From Bacteriovoracia bacterium (GTDB lineage: Bacteria; Bdellovibrionota; UBA1018; JBFWNL01), in assembly GCA_050251055.1 (NCBI GenBank), contig JBFWNL010000001.1, positions 107,825 through 171,824 of the forward strand: 64,000 bases of DNA. Direction: 5' to 3'. Shown here in pieces: positions 29,859 through 39,872 of this stretch. The notes beneath the pieces are model-generated. The model had not been told where the DNA came from. It did no database searches and saw only the letters and a list, made by a program, of their open reading frames with translations. Position 1 is the first letter of the stretch, and each line of letters begins with the position of its first letter. A program made the position numbers and the translations under genes.

Positions 29859-32342
29859 ATGAGTGACGACCCGAAAGACACTAAAATTCCGGTTTGCGTG
29901 ATCGCCCCGTATGGGCCTTCGTTCGCTCCGGTGCTTGAGCGATTCCGCAAGGATCCTTCGCTCCAGGTGTACGAGTTTGATAACTCGATGCAGGCGGTAC
30001 CCGTTTTGCGCCAAGCGGGCGCGGGGATGATCTTGTGCTACGCGCCCGATCAAAAGCAGATCATGAACGCGATCACGCTCTTGCGCATGCTCAAGCAGAT
30101 GATCCAGGAAGGCGCGGCCAAGGTCGTGCTGACGACGACGTTCAAGGAAAACATCATTCATCAGCGGCTTTCGAAATCCGGCTGCTCGGAAGTGTTGCTC
30201 GAACCGGTACCGGTCAAGGGATTTGAGTTTAAGCTCCGGCGTCACCTAGGCAATCTGCAGAAGATTTTCGACGCGCGCACGCGGGCAGGCGTGCAACAAC
30301 GGCGCGTGATCTCCGCGAAGAAAGACGGGGACACGGGTGCCGCGCGGGAGTCCGCCAAGGGCAAGGTGAAGCTCGGGGATCCGATCCGGATTCAAAGTGA
30401 TTGCTGGGTGATGAAGGGCGGGAGTTGCCGCAAAGTGATGGGCAAGTGGATGGTCAAGCTGCGCGGTCCCAGCCCGCACGTGGGGCGCTGGGTGGAGCTG
30501 CCTTCGACCTCGGGTGACAGCCAGCACTGGCAGTGGACGCCGAACAATCCCGATCAAGACGAGTTCGTGCTCGACAAGGGGGCGTGGGTTTTCAAAGGGC
30601 ATCGCCCCGACTTCCAGGGCGAGGCCTGGTCGTTCGTCGGGAAAAGTCCCGAGCTGGTTTTCGTCTTCGACAACAAGCCGATCGCGACAAAGGTAAAAGT
30701 CGACGAGGAAAATGCGCTCGTGCTGGCGAAAGATTCCCCGGCGGCGCTCCAGATGCTCGGAAAAATCATGGCGAGCTTGGAACGCGTCGTGCGCCTGAAA
30801 GGCGAAGGTCCGCGGGAGGAAGCGGAGGCGGCCAAAGAGATTAAGGATCTGCGGACACCCGAAAAAGAGGCCAACGAGCTGAACTTCGTGGCCGAAGCTG
30901 GCCCCGAAGGCGGCACCGAGGACTTTAAGATCGAAACCGACGACGAGTCGGCGCCCGAATGGAACAACCAGATCAAAGAAGAGGACGCCACCGAAGGCCC
31001 AGCCGATCATCGCGATCAATCGAACGCGGATTCTGCCATGCTCGAACACCGGGGCAAAGACGAGCCTCGCGAAGGCACGGCGCTCGATTTCCGGGGCGAG
31101 AAGTCGGCGGACGGCGATGAGGACGGCGACTGGGAGATGCAGCTCGAAAAAGCAAAGCCCGGGCCGGAGTACGGCGGCCCGGTAGACGAGGCCGAGAATC
31201 CCAGCCGATGGAGCAAGCACCGGGTCGATACCCCCAGCGAGAATCCGGTGGATCGGGCGGCAGAAGAAGTGGAAGGCGTGCTGCGGGAGACGGTTGAGAT
31301 CGATTTGCGCAGGCCGCCCGCGTCCGACGAGGAGAACGTCATCTCTTCGCCCGATATGAAGGCAAAACGTCCTCTTAAGCCGGGAGAAGACGAGCCGGGG
31401 TCGGAAGACTTGAATGCCGGTGCGGGCCGGGTTTCGCCAGCCGATGTCGCCGCCAATGGACGCGCATCGCGCGAAGCCGCGAGCGAGCTGGGCGTCGGAG
31501 AAAAGAATACCGAAGACACGTTGGCGGCCACCGCTCCCGAAACGAGGGCCGATGCTTCCGCCGCCACGGCGGACGAAAACGGACCGCCGGTGGTGAATCT
31601 CACCGCCGACGAAGGCCAGGTGATCCTTCCGCCGCCGCCCGCCGATTCGGCGGTGGAGTCCAATCCGCAGCTTCCGGAAGTCTACGCGCTCACGAAGAAG
31701 ATAAAGGAGCGTTTGGAGGAAAAGAAAGAATCCTTGCCGGAAGGGGTGCTACCGATGGAGCTGACCCTGCCCAATACCCGGCCGCAAACCCGCCCCGTCG
31801 TGCGCGATACATCGCCCGCAGGATTGGCCGCGGAAGCGCGCCGTACGGCCGCCGAGATTCCCAAGGAGCTGGCCGCGCCCCAGCCTCCGGGCCCGAGCCT
31901 TAGTCCGCTTGCCATCGCGTTTCTAATGTCCGAGCTGGCCAGTAAACCCGACATGAACCTGGATAAGATCGGCGTGCGTTTCTGTGCATACCTCGGCGCT
32001 TCCTGCGGCGGCATCCAAGCGCGACTTTGGTTTAAGCGGGGTGCCGAGTGGGCTTGCGTGGGCTCGAGTCAACCGGCGAGCGAAGATTCGCGCGAGTGGA
32101 TCGATCAGGTCGTGGCCAAGCAAATCTCCCAGCCGCAGATGCTCACGGAACGGGTGTTCGTTTGCCCCGTAGAGAGTGATGCCTATCTGATCTTGAACGG
32201 CGAAGGCGCCCAGCTCGTGGAAGGGAAGTATTTGTTGGGGGTCGCTCGTTCGCTGCACGGGTACTTGCTCTCGCAACGCGCCCGGGCCGCGGCACCGATA
32301 TCAACGCCCGCGTCCACGGCGACCGTCACGGACGCCGCTTAG
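29859..32342 (+). CDS. hypothetical protein: receiver-like N-terminus, Trp-rich domain, long acidic linker, small C-terminal domain
   Basis: Alpha/beta N-terminus ending GCSEVLLEP (KP-like); strong coding bias. Confidence 0.7.
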   Translation: MSDDPKDTKIPVCVIAPYGPSFAPVLERFRKDPSLQVYEFDNSMQAVPVLRQAGAGMILCYAPDQKQIMNAITLLRMLKQMIQEGAAKVVLTTTFKENIIHQRLSKSGCSEVLLEPVPVKGFEFKLRRHLGNLQKIFDARTRAGVQQRRVISAKKDGDTGAARESAKGKVKLGDPIRIQSDCWVMKGGSCRKVMGKWMVKLRGPSPHVGRWVELPSTSGDSQHWQWTPNNPDQDEFVLDKGAWVFKGHRPDFQGEAWSFVGKSPELVFVFDNKPIATKVKVDEENALVLAKDSPAALQMLGKIMASLERVVRLKGEGPREEAEAAKEIKDLRTPEKEANELNFVAEAGPEGGTEDFKIETDDESAPEWNNQIKEEDATEGPADHRDQSNADSAMLEHRGKDEPREGTALDFRGEKSADGDEDGDWEMQLEKAKPGPEYGGPVDEAENPSRWSKHRVDTPSENPVDRAAEEVEGVLRETVEIDLRRPPASDEENVISSPDMKAKRPLKPGEDEPGSEDLNAGAGRVSPADVAANGRASREAASELGVGEKNTEDTLAATAPETRADASAATADENGPPVVNLTADEGQVILPPPPADSAVESNPQLPEVYALTKKIKERLEEKKESLPEGVLPMELTLPNTRPQTRPVVRDTSPAGLAAEARRTAAEIPKELAAPQPPGPSLSPLAIAFLMSELASKPDMNLDKIGVRFCAYLGASCGGIQARLWFKRGAEWACVGSSQPASEDSREWIDQVVAKQISQPQMLTERVFVCPVESDAYLILNGEGAQLVEGKYLLGVARSLHGYLLSQRARAAAPISTPASTATVTDAA

Positions 32343-32381
32343 TCACCAACCGACGCAAATGCGGCCTAACTGCCACGTGGT

Positions 32382-33497
32382 TTAGGCTCCGCGCAGATCC
32401 GAGCCGACGAGCGACTTCACCTGCTGCTCGACGATATCGCGCGCCTTGGCCACGGAATCGTCCGAATCCGACCCACGAATCCAGCCCATCACCAGGGTGA
32501 AGATCTCGGGGTTGAAGTACTCGGGGAAGTTCTTGGAAGTTTCTTTCGCGTTCATGAAGGTGAAGGCCTCGCGGAGAGTGCGTTTTTCCCCGTCCCACTG
32601 GCCCGAGGTGAGCGTGTCGATCAGGTCGGCCATCGCCACGAGCTGGGCCAGGTCGTCGAAGTCAAAGCCCTTGAGCTGGTTGGGATAGCCCGTGCCGTTG
32701 AACTTTTCGTGGTGCTGCGCCAAGACCTTGTGGACGCGCTCGGTGACGTCGGGTGAGAACTGCCGCACCAGTTCCGAAGAGCCTGCCACGTGTTTGGCAT
32801 ATTCCGCCTGGGTCGTGGCATCGTGGTTTTTTACCGGCATCGCCGCGAGCTCCACGGCCACCTGACTCACGCCCACGTCGTGGAGCAAGCCTGCCAACGC
32901 CAGATCCGAGAGCATCGCCAGATCAATTTTCCCAAAAGCCATGGCAAACAGCGCCGTGTAGTTGGCGACGTTCACGGAGTGCTCCATCTGGGGATCGTAG
33001 TCGGCCATTTTCCAGAGCTCGTCCATCAGTTCTTGGGCCGGGTTCTGGACCTGGGCGAGGACCTCGCGAACGGTGTCGTTGACCTTTTTGTCTTCGGTTT
33101 TTTGCTCGTCGAGCGTTTTCGCCTCCATCGCATTTTGAATGACATCCACGGCAACCTCGGCGACGACGGCTTGCTTCTGGGGCTCAGTTAGATGGGGGGA
33201 GGCGAGCACTTGGGCGATGACGATACCGGCAGCCGGCACATCGGGGATCTTCGGGGGGCCCTGGAGGTAGAGCTCGTAGGCTCCGCGCTGCGAGTTATGG
33301 ATCCAGCACTGCTGGAGCCCCTTTTCCGTGTAACGGGTGAAGAAAGGCGCGGTCAGGTAGTCACCTTCGGGCTTCCAGAGCACGATGTGTTGGTTCATCT
33401 GGAAGTAAAGGTGCAGGTCAAACGTAATGACGGTGTCGGGCGTGAGCCCCGCGAAAGGGACCGAGAAGTAGTCTTGGATGTTCTTGGAGCGCAACAT
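32382..33497 (-). CDS. HD-GYP domain protein (c-di-GMP phosphodiesterase family)
   Basis: EHSVNVA, GLLHDVG, QHHEKFNGTGYP..LKG. Confidence 0.9.
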   Translation of the reverse strand: MLRSKNIQDYFSVPFAGLTPDTVITFDLHLYFQMNQHIVLWKPEGDYLTAPFFTRYTEKGLQQCWIHNSQRGAYELYLQGPPKIPDVPAAGIVIAQVLASPHLTEPQKQAVVAEVAVDVIQNAMEAKTLDEQKTEDKKVNDTVREVLAQVQNPAQELMDELWKMADYDPQMEHSVNVANYTALFAMAFGKIDLAMLSDLALAGLLHDVGVSQVAVELAAMPVKNHDATTQAEYAKHVAGSSELVRQFSPDVTERVHKVLAQHHEKFNGTGYPNQLKGFDFDDLAQLVAMADLIDTLTSGQWDGEKRTLREAFTFMNAKETSKNFPEYFNPEIFTLVMGWIRGSDSDDSVAKARDIVEQQVKSLVGSDLRGA

Positions 33498-34919
33498 CTA
33501 GCCGACCTCGCGCTTTTTGATACCTTGGACGACGGCGGCGATTTGGCGAATCCACTCGAGCTGCTGGTTTTCGAGCGCTTGCATCTGGCGCTGCACGCGC
33601 AGGATTTCAGCCTTCGTGCCCGGAACCTTCGCTAGCTCCCCCAAACGCCGCTCGAAATCGGCCAGCTGGTTTTGGGCGTCCGCCACGCGGACCTTGAAGG
33701 TTTCGAGCAGGCTCTCCATATCAAGCGGCTCGATCGGGGCGGGAGCGCCTACGCCGCCCATGCGAAACTCACGCAGCTGATGATCACGCTCGGCGATCTG
33801 CTGGCGGTAGTCGCGAATTTCGGACGCTGCCTCGGCGAGCGCACGCTCGCGCGCCTTTTCGCGGGCAATGGATGCTTGGGTTTCCAGCTCGCGCGCGTTG
33901 GCCTTTCGATCCACCCCTTTGGGCATGGGTAGGTGACGCGGGTGGGGGCTGCCTTCCGCCTCGATGTAGGGCGGCTCCTTCACGAGCTGATTGTTGATGC
34001 TTTCGACAATCAGCGTGTGCACGCCATGGATTTTTTCGGCAGGCGCGGTCGAGAAAAAAACCAGGGTAAGCTCGGCCTGCGAGCTCTCCGCGACCATGTG
34101 CAGGCGCACGAGATCGGCGTATTTCATGAGCAGCTGGCTGCCTTGCGTGTGTTGCGCAAGCGAAGGCCAAAAGGCTTTGATCGCATCGGTGGGGTTGCGC
34201 CATTGGGGCGCGTTGAAGCAGAGACGAATGGCGAGCGTGCCGGGTTCAATGGCGACTTGGAAATAAGCTTTCGCGGTGTGGGTGGTGATGGCGGTGGCGA
34301 GTTCGCTGTTGCCGATGCCGTCTTCGAAAACGATGCTCCAGAGCGCGGTCAAGCAGATGCGAATCGAATTGATGCGGGAGCTCCAGCTCGTGCCCTTCAT
34401 CTCGCTCAGCTTGAAAAGATTTTCTTCTTGGGCGCCTTGCCGATTCATCCAGGTGTCGCAATAGACCAGGGTGTTGGAATCGAGCAGGGGAAATACCCCG
34501 GAGCGGCTTTTTTCGTCGGCCAATGAGTTTACGACGAGCTTCAGCTCGCGACCGCTGAGCTGGTCAAAGTCGATCAGTAAGGTGCGCAGGTGAGGGTTCT
34601 GGATGGCTTCGAGCTCGCCCACGGGCAGGGGATCGAGGAAGTATCCCGCGAAGCACGGACCCTGCGTGCGCGTACGGCCAAAGTAGCCGTCGACCTTGCT
34701 CCATTCGAAGTATTTGTGCCAAGGCGCGAGCACCAATGAGTATGGCTTGGCTTCGAGCTTGGCGACCATCTGCTCGTCGGTGGTGGTGGCTTTCAAAAGC
34801 TCAACGACGGCATCGATGCGTAGCGCATTGAGCTTGGTCGCGAACACGGCCGCCTTCTGCGCGGAAGCGCGGTCGTCCGCGATGATCGCGATCGTGCCGA
34901 GTTTTTTTTCTATGCTCAT
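33498..34919 (-). CDS. hypothetical protein with C-terminal coiled coil
   Basis: Abuts the HD-GYP gene with no gap; heptad-rich C-terminus. Confidence 0.75.
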   Translation of the reverse strand: MSIEKKLGTIAIIADDRASAQKAAVFATKLNALRIDAVVELLKATTTDEQMVAKLEAKPYSLVLAPWHKYFEWSKVDGYFGRTRTQGPCFAGYFLDPLPVGELEAIQNPHLRTLLIDFDQLSGRELKLVVNSLADEKSRSGVFPLLDSNTLVYCDTWMNRQGAQEENLFKLSEMKGTSWSSRINSIRICLTALWSIVFEDGIGNSELATAITTHTAKAYFQVAIEPGTLAIRLCFNAPQWRNPTDAIKAFWPSLAQHTQGSQLLMKYADLVRLHMVAESSQAELTLVFFSTAPAEKIHGVHTLIVESINNQLVKEPPYIEAEGSPHPRHLPMPKGVDRKANARELETQASIAREKARERALAEAASEIRDYRQQIAERDHQLREFRMGGVGAPAPIEPLDMESLLETFKVRVADAQNQLADFERRLGELAKVPGTKAEILRVQRQMQALENQQLEWIRQIAAVVQGIKKREVG

Positions 34920-34954
34920 CGGTCCCCGCTCATTGGCCTAACCCCATCAGCAAC

Positions 34955-34981
34955 GTATCGGTATTTCAGGAGAGTAAATTA
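34955..34981 (-). promoter_or_regulatory. sigma28-like promoter
   Basis: TAAT-N15-ACCGATAC upstream of 34919; adjacent AT-rich tract with TTAAGCTAAA direct repeat and TAATTATAATTA palindrome. Confidence 0.4.
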
Positions 34982-35118
34982 AGCTAAAAAGATCAATAAT
35001 TATAATTAGTTAAGCTAAATTCAGAGGCCCCACCTTAGGGAGAGGTAGCAGCGAGAAAGCCAGGTAAACCCTCGTTTTGTTTGGAATTCCAAGCGGAGTT
35101 CTGGGTATAACTTGGGGT

Positions 35119-36687
35119 ATGAATCCCGTCCAATACACCACGACCGCGATCGTCTATCCGAACTCGCGCGTGCACGTGGGCTGGGGCTGGGAGTGCCTGG
35201 GCGCCGATTGGCGAAATCGCGTAGCAAGCGCGCTGGGGATGGAGACCTACTTCGCCACCGGCATGGACGAGCACTCGTTAAACGTCCAGCGCGCGGCGGA
35301 AGCCAAGGGCCTGACCCCGCAAGTTTACTGCGATCAGATGTCCGAAGACATTCAAAAGGTGCTGGGCCAGATGAAGCTCAGTTATGATCGCTTCATTCGT
35401 ACTTCCGATGCCGATCACCATCGAGTCGTCGAGCAGCTGATCCAAAAGTCATTCGCCAAGGGCGACATTTACCCGGCCAAGTATGAAGGGCAGTACTGCG
35501 ACGGCTGCGAGGTGTATTACACCGAGAAAGACCTCGTGAACGGCGTGTGCCCCCAGCACAAGACGCCGACGCGCTTCGTATCGGAAGAAAATTTCTTCTT
35601 CAAGCTCACGAAGTATAAAGACGCGCTTCTGAAGCTGCTCGAGGACAATCCGGACTTCATTCGTCCCGCTTTTCGAAAGGGCGAGGTGCTCACGTTCATC
35701 AAGGAAGTGAAGGACTTCTCGGTTTCGCGCTCGACCTTCACGTGGGGGATCCCCCTGCCTTTTGATAGGAAGCAGGTGATTTACGTTTGGTTCGACGCGT
35801 TGATCAATTACCTCACCGCCGCGGGGATTGAAGCGAAGCTCAAAGACCCCGGGTCGTCGGGAGCGCGCGAGTTTGACGCGCGTTGGGCGAACGTGCTGCA
35901 TGTTATCGGTAAGGATATCTCCCGGTTTCATTGCGTCTTCTGGCCCGCGATGCTCATGTCCATGGAGCTACCGATGCCGAAGGGCGTTTTCATCCATGGC
36001 TTCATCAATATGAAGGGCGAGAAGATGTCCAAGAGCCTGGGCAACTACGTCACGCCCGACGAGGTGATTGGCGCCGTGGGCGTGGATGCGTTTCGTTACT
36101 ACCTGCTCGCGGAAAACCAGTTCTCCAACGATGGCAACTTCGAATGGGAAGCGCTCTACTTGAAGTGCAACGCGGATCTCGCCAACGACTGGGGTAATCT
36201 CGTCAACCGCACGATCAGCATGGCCCGGAAGTATTTCCCGGAAGGGGGATTGAAGCCAGGCACGGCCGCCGTTTCGGCCGGCGTTCGCGAGTCGTTCGCG
36301 CGCCTGGTGCCAGAACTGCGCAAGCGCTGGGATGAGATGGACCCGTCGGGTTACATCACGCTTTGTCGTGAGCGTTCGCGGGTGCTCAATTTATTCATCG
36401 ATCAAACGAAGCCCTGGGCGCTCGCCAAGCAGACGACGCCCGAAGCCAAGGCCGAACTCGCCGAAGTGTTGGCCACCGTGCTCGAGGGAATCCGCTGGAT
36501 CGCGACCGCGTTCCTGCCGGTATTGCCCGAGGGTATGCCGAAGGTGTTCGAGCAGCTAGGGGTGCCCGTGCCGGTTGAAAAGAGCGCGCTCGTGCGGCTC
36601 GAATGGGGCGCTTATGCCTATTCACCGAATGCACCTTCGCCGATTTATCCACGCCTGGAACTGGCGAAGGAGAGCCCGCAAGCATGA
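35119..36687 (+). CDS. metG: methionine--tRNA ligase (short form, no C-terminal tRNA-binding appendix)
   Basis: TGMDEH, YDRFIRT, CDGC..CPQH knuckle, YVWFDALINY, IGKDI, KMSKS; HIGH motif reads HVGW. Confidence 0.95.
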   Translation: MNPVQYTTTAIVYPNSRVHVGWGWECLGADWRNRVASALGMETYFATGMDEHSLNVQRAAEAKGLTPQVYCDQMSEDIQKVLGQMKLSYDRFIRTSDADHHRVVEQLIQKSFAKGDIYPAKYEGQYCDGCEVYYTEKDLVNGVCPQHKTPTRFVSEENFFFKLTKYKDALLKLLEDNPDFIRPAFRKGEVLTFIKEVKDFSVSRSTFTWGIPLPFDRKQVIYVWFDALINYLTAAGIEAKLKDPGSSGAREFDARWANVLHVIGKDISRFHCVFWPAMLMSMELPMPKGVFIHGFINMKGEKMSKSLGNYVTPDEVIGAVGVDAFRYYLLAENQFSNDGNFEWEALYLKCNADLANDWGNLVNRTISMARKYFPEGGLKPGTAAVSAGVRESFARLVPELRKRWDEMDPSGYITLCRERSRVLNLFIDQTKPWALAKQTTPEAKAELAEVLATVLEGIRWIATAFLPVLPEGMPKVFEQLGVPVPVEKSALVRLEWGAYAYSPNAPSPIYPRLELAKESPQA

Positions 36688-38018
36688 GTTTAAAGGGGGG
36701 ATGGACGTGGTTGGGGGCTTTCGTCGTGTTCGGGGTCGTGGGAGCGGCGTCGGCGGCGGATCAGACTAATCGCGAAATCGTCCGCACCTTTGCCAACTTT
36801 TATTTCCAGCAAGGTGAGTACGCCCAAGGCCAGAATTATTTGATGCAATACCTGGAGACGGACGCGGGTGACGTGGGCGCCTGGAATCTGCTGGGCATTT
36901 TCTTCGCGGAGACGAACGAGTTTAAGAAAGCACAGCAAGCGTTTTATCACGCGGCGAAAAACTCCACCGGCGAGGACCGGGGGATTTACCTCTACCACTA
37001 CGCCGACGCGCTAGCGCGAAATGGCGACATGAACGAAGCCAAGAAGAGTTTGGAACTCGCGCGCGCCTATCCCACCGTGACGGTCGCCGCCGACGCCGCG
37101 CTCGATACGTTGACGGCGGGCAAGCCGTTGCCGGATCTGGAACTTGATAAACCGGGCAAGTGGAGCGTGCTGGGAACTTTGGGTACGGGTTACGACACGA
37201 ACGTTCTGCTTTCTTCTGATACGTCGCTCGCGTCAACGACGACGACGAATGCCGCGAGCTTGTTTTCTTCACTCACCGCCCAGGCGCTTTACACCAAGGA
37301 AGTCTGGGGTGGCCGTGGCAATGCGCGCACTTCGGCGGGTTACACGTATTATTTTAGCTCGGATGCTCGAACCTACAACAGCCTAGGGGTGGTGCTCGCC
37401 GCCGACTGGGGGCGTCCCCTCAAGACGCTCACCGGCTGGACCTTTAGTTACGGCAACGAATTTTCCCTCAATTACCTTAACTACAACGGCTTCCGGTTCT
37501 ATAACTGGTCCGACGCACTAAGCGCGACCGCGAAGCTGCAAATCGATTTGCGCTCGGAAGTGGAATTTAAGCTCCCGCTGCGCTACCAAAAATTCAAGTT
37601 CGATACCGGGGATGACGCCGCAGATGACCGTACGGGTTTCGCGCTACCCGTGGAAGTGACTTATCGACGTTACGTTGATGCGAACGTATTGAGCGCCGGA
37701 TTGAAGTACGAGCGGCTCTTGGCCAGTGGCGCGAACTACCGCTCCCATACGTTCAGCCTACCCCTCAGCTGGACGCGACTGCTTCCTTGGGAGCTTTACT
37801 GGGGGCTGGGGTTAGAGGGCGCCCGCGTTACCTATCCGGAATCAAGCACGGGCCGTGCCGATACCTATCTGCGACTCTCCACGAGCTTTACCCGGGTGTT
37901 TTCAAGCGAGTTGAGCGGCACCCTGAGCTACGGATTTCAACGCAATATCTCAAACGTCGCGTCCGCGCAGTATGGCAAGCACGCGGTCTCGATCCTGGTG
38001 ACCTATGGATTTTTATAA
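36684..38018 (+). CDS. TPR repeats plus outer-membrane beta-barrel (Slam/DUF560-like)
   Basis: Signal peptide; TPR helices; GYDTNV barrel start; amphipathic strands ending TYGFL; ATGA overlap with metG. Confidence 0.75.
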   Translation: MSLKGGWTWLGAFVVFGVVGAASAADQTNREIVRTFANFYFQQGEYAQGQNYLMQYLETDAGDVGAWNLLGIFFAETNEFKKAQQAFYHAAKNSTGEDRGIYLYHYADALARNGDMNEAKKSLELARAYPTVTVAADAALDTLTAGKPLPDLELDKPGKWSVLGTLGTGYDTNVLLSSDTSLASTTTTNAASLFSSLTAQALYTKEVWGGRGNARTSAGYTYYFSSDARTYNSLGVVLAADWGRPLKTLTGWTFSYGNEFSLNYLNYNGFRFYNWSDALSATAKLQIDLRSEVEFKLPLRYQKFKFDTGDDAADDRTGFALPVEVTYRRYVDANVLSAGLKYERLLASGANYRSHTFSLPLSWTRLLPWELYWGLGLEGARVTYPESSTGRADTYLRLSTSFTRVFSSELSGTLSYGFQRNISNVASAQYGKHAVSILVTYGFL

Positions 38019-38019
38019 G

Positions 38020-38883
38020 ATGAAGGCAGGCGTACTCATTTTCATCGGGCTCATCGGATCGCCCGGGTTAGCGTGTTTCGCCGGGGCGGCCGAAATCCCC
38101 AAGGCGCCGGTGGGTCCGGTAGTAGGCAATATCGCGTTCGCCCTTGGCGACGTATTCGTCGATCGCGCGCGCGCCAAGAACGGCACGCCATTGCGATTGG
38201 GCTCCCTCGTGACAACCGACGTGGGTAAGGCGACTTTGCTCTTGGGGAAGTCGACGGTGATGCACCTCGATGCTGAAAGCCAGCTCAAGATCACCCAGTA
38301 TGTGTTGGAGCACGGGAAGGAAGAGTCCGCCCAGCTCGACCTGCGTTACGGAAAAACGCGCGCGCTCATCTTCAATAAGGGCGTGACCAAGAAGAATTTC
38401 CAAATCAAGACCAAAGCCGCGGTGATGGGAGTGCGGGGCACGCACGTCTACGTCGACGCCCCTCGCGGCGCGAACGAGGCTGCGAGCTTTATGACCGTGG
38501 AAGGGGAGGCGAAGGTTTCGTTCCTGTCGCCCGCTCCGACGGCCGGCGCGGCCCCGCCGGCCCCCGTGTCCGAAGTCACGCTGCGATCCAATGATTTCGT
38601 GAAGGGCGACACGCCGGGAAGCGATAGTAAAGCAGGGGAGCCGCCTCCCGTACTGAAGTTACCGCCGGGCGAAGTTCAGGAATTGGCGAATCACGTCGCG
38701 CCGCCGCCCCCCGAACTGCGCACACGGGGAGAAGCCCATGAATTTGGGATCCACGGACCACCGCCGTTTCCGGTGGGACCGCCGGGGCCTTTGCTTCCTC
38801 CACCCCCTCCACCGCCGCCGCCTATTGATCCGCTCACGAATATGGCGCCGATGATCTTACGAATCAAAGGAACGGTTCAATGA
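38020..38883 (+). CDS. secreted FecR-domain protein with poly-Pro tail
   Basis: LDLRYGKTRA, FQIKTKAAVMGVRGT, VEGEAKV FecR motifs. Confidence 0.85.
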   Translation: MKAGVLIFIGLIGSPGLACFAGAAEIPKAPVGPVVGNIAFALGDVFVDRARAKNGTPLRLGSLVTTDVGKATLLLGKSTVMHLDAESQLKITQYVLEHGKEESAQLDLRYGKTRALIFNKGVTKKNFQIKTKAAVMGVRGTHVYVDAPRGANEAASFMTVEGEAKVSFLSPAPTAGAAPPAPVSEVTLRSNDFVKGDTPGSDSKAGEPPPVLKLPPGEVQELANHVAPPPPELRTRGEAHEFGIHGPPPFPVGPPGPLLPPPPPPPPPIDPLTNMAPMILRIKGTVQ

Positions 38884-39740
38884 AGAGATATTTCGCACTT
38901 TGCCTTTGGATGGGAGCTTTAGCCAGTTGCGGACCCCGAGTCCCCGATGGGTACGTGGAAGTGCGGCTCTCGAGTGGCTCTCGCTTGTTGCCGGGCGCGC
39001 TCACCAGGCTTTTCGATCCGAAGCCATCGTACGTGAATATCTGTAACCAGGTTCCCATGCGGGTGGGATATCTCGGCCCCGGTGTTCCGCAACCGTTCTT
39101 TATGACGGTGAATGGTAGCCTGGACATGGATCTAGTGACGACCGCGGGCACCGAGGCGATGAACTTTGACGTCAATATGCTCGTGCTGAAGGGACCGCAG
39201 CGGCGCTTTGTGATTTTTGGTAAGTATGCGCTCGATCCTACGGCGCTGACTTGCACACCGTCTTTGCCTCCTACCTCTAGCGCGGACCAGCATTTCCCAC
39301 TCTATTTCAAGTCAAATCCTGTAGATATCGTGAATGGCTCATTACATGAGTTAAACTTGCAGTTACCTTCGGTTAATGCCGAGTTTACGGTTAGTACGTC
39401 GGCCGCGCCGGCGGTGCAAGCGCCTTACGTTTATGCCAAATTTAGTGGGACTTGGTATTCGGCCGGGAGCACGGCAACGTGTGGGTCTCCGGGATATGAC
39501 ACAGTGGTCTTTGAGGAATTAGACTCAGGACTAGGCCTAAAGCTAGGGAAATACGTTTCGGGCATTACATCGTCTTCGGATCCCGCCTACTTTGGTCCGC
39601 TGCATCCGGGAACGATGTATCGGGTTACGATGAATTGCCAAACTGGAGGTGCAAGCAGCGATTTTGCTAATGCTTGTTTCCGATCGCCTGAAACGACGGT
39701 TGGTTCGGCAGTTCCTACCGTGTTTGTACCCTGCCCGTAA
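38880..39740 (+). CDS. hypothetical Cys-containing lipoprotein
   Basis: LASC lipobox; ATGA overlap; 3' half visibly AT-richer. Confidence 0.75.
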   Translation: MKRYFALCLWMGALASCGPRVPDGYVEVRLSSGSRLLPGALTRLFDPKPSYVNICNQVPMRVGYLGPGVPQPFFMTVNGSLDMDLVTTAGTEAMNFDVNMLVLKGPQRRFVIFGKYALDPTALTCTPSLPPTSSADQHFPLYFKSNPVDIVNGSLHELNLQLPSVNAEFTVSTSAAPAVQAPYVYAKFSGTWYSAGSTATCGSPGYDTVVFEELDSGLGLKLGKYVSGITSSSDPAYFGPLHPGTMYRVTMNCQTGGASSDFANACFRSPETTVGSAVPTVFVPCP

Positions 39741-39872
39741 CGGTGACGTCGACTTTCTGACGGTCTGAGGCGCCCCCGACACATTCGCGCTCACGCCCGA
39801 AATTCTTGAGAAATCCACCTTTCCCTGGCTCTTCCCCGGGACCGCGTTAAAATATGAAGTCTGGGGCGGTGT

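Noticed and set aside
38755-38825. CCG-rich tandem repeats (also Gly tracts near 24745 and 25930)
   Set aside because: Simply encode poly-Pro or poly-Gly linkers with mixed codons; not DNA-level repeat elements
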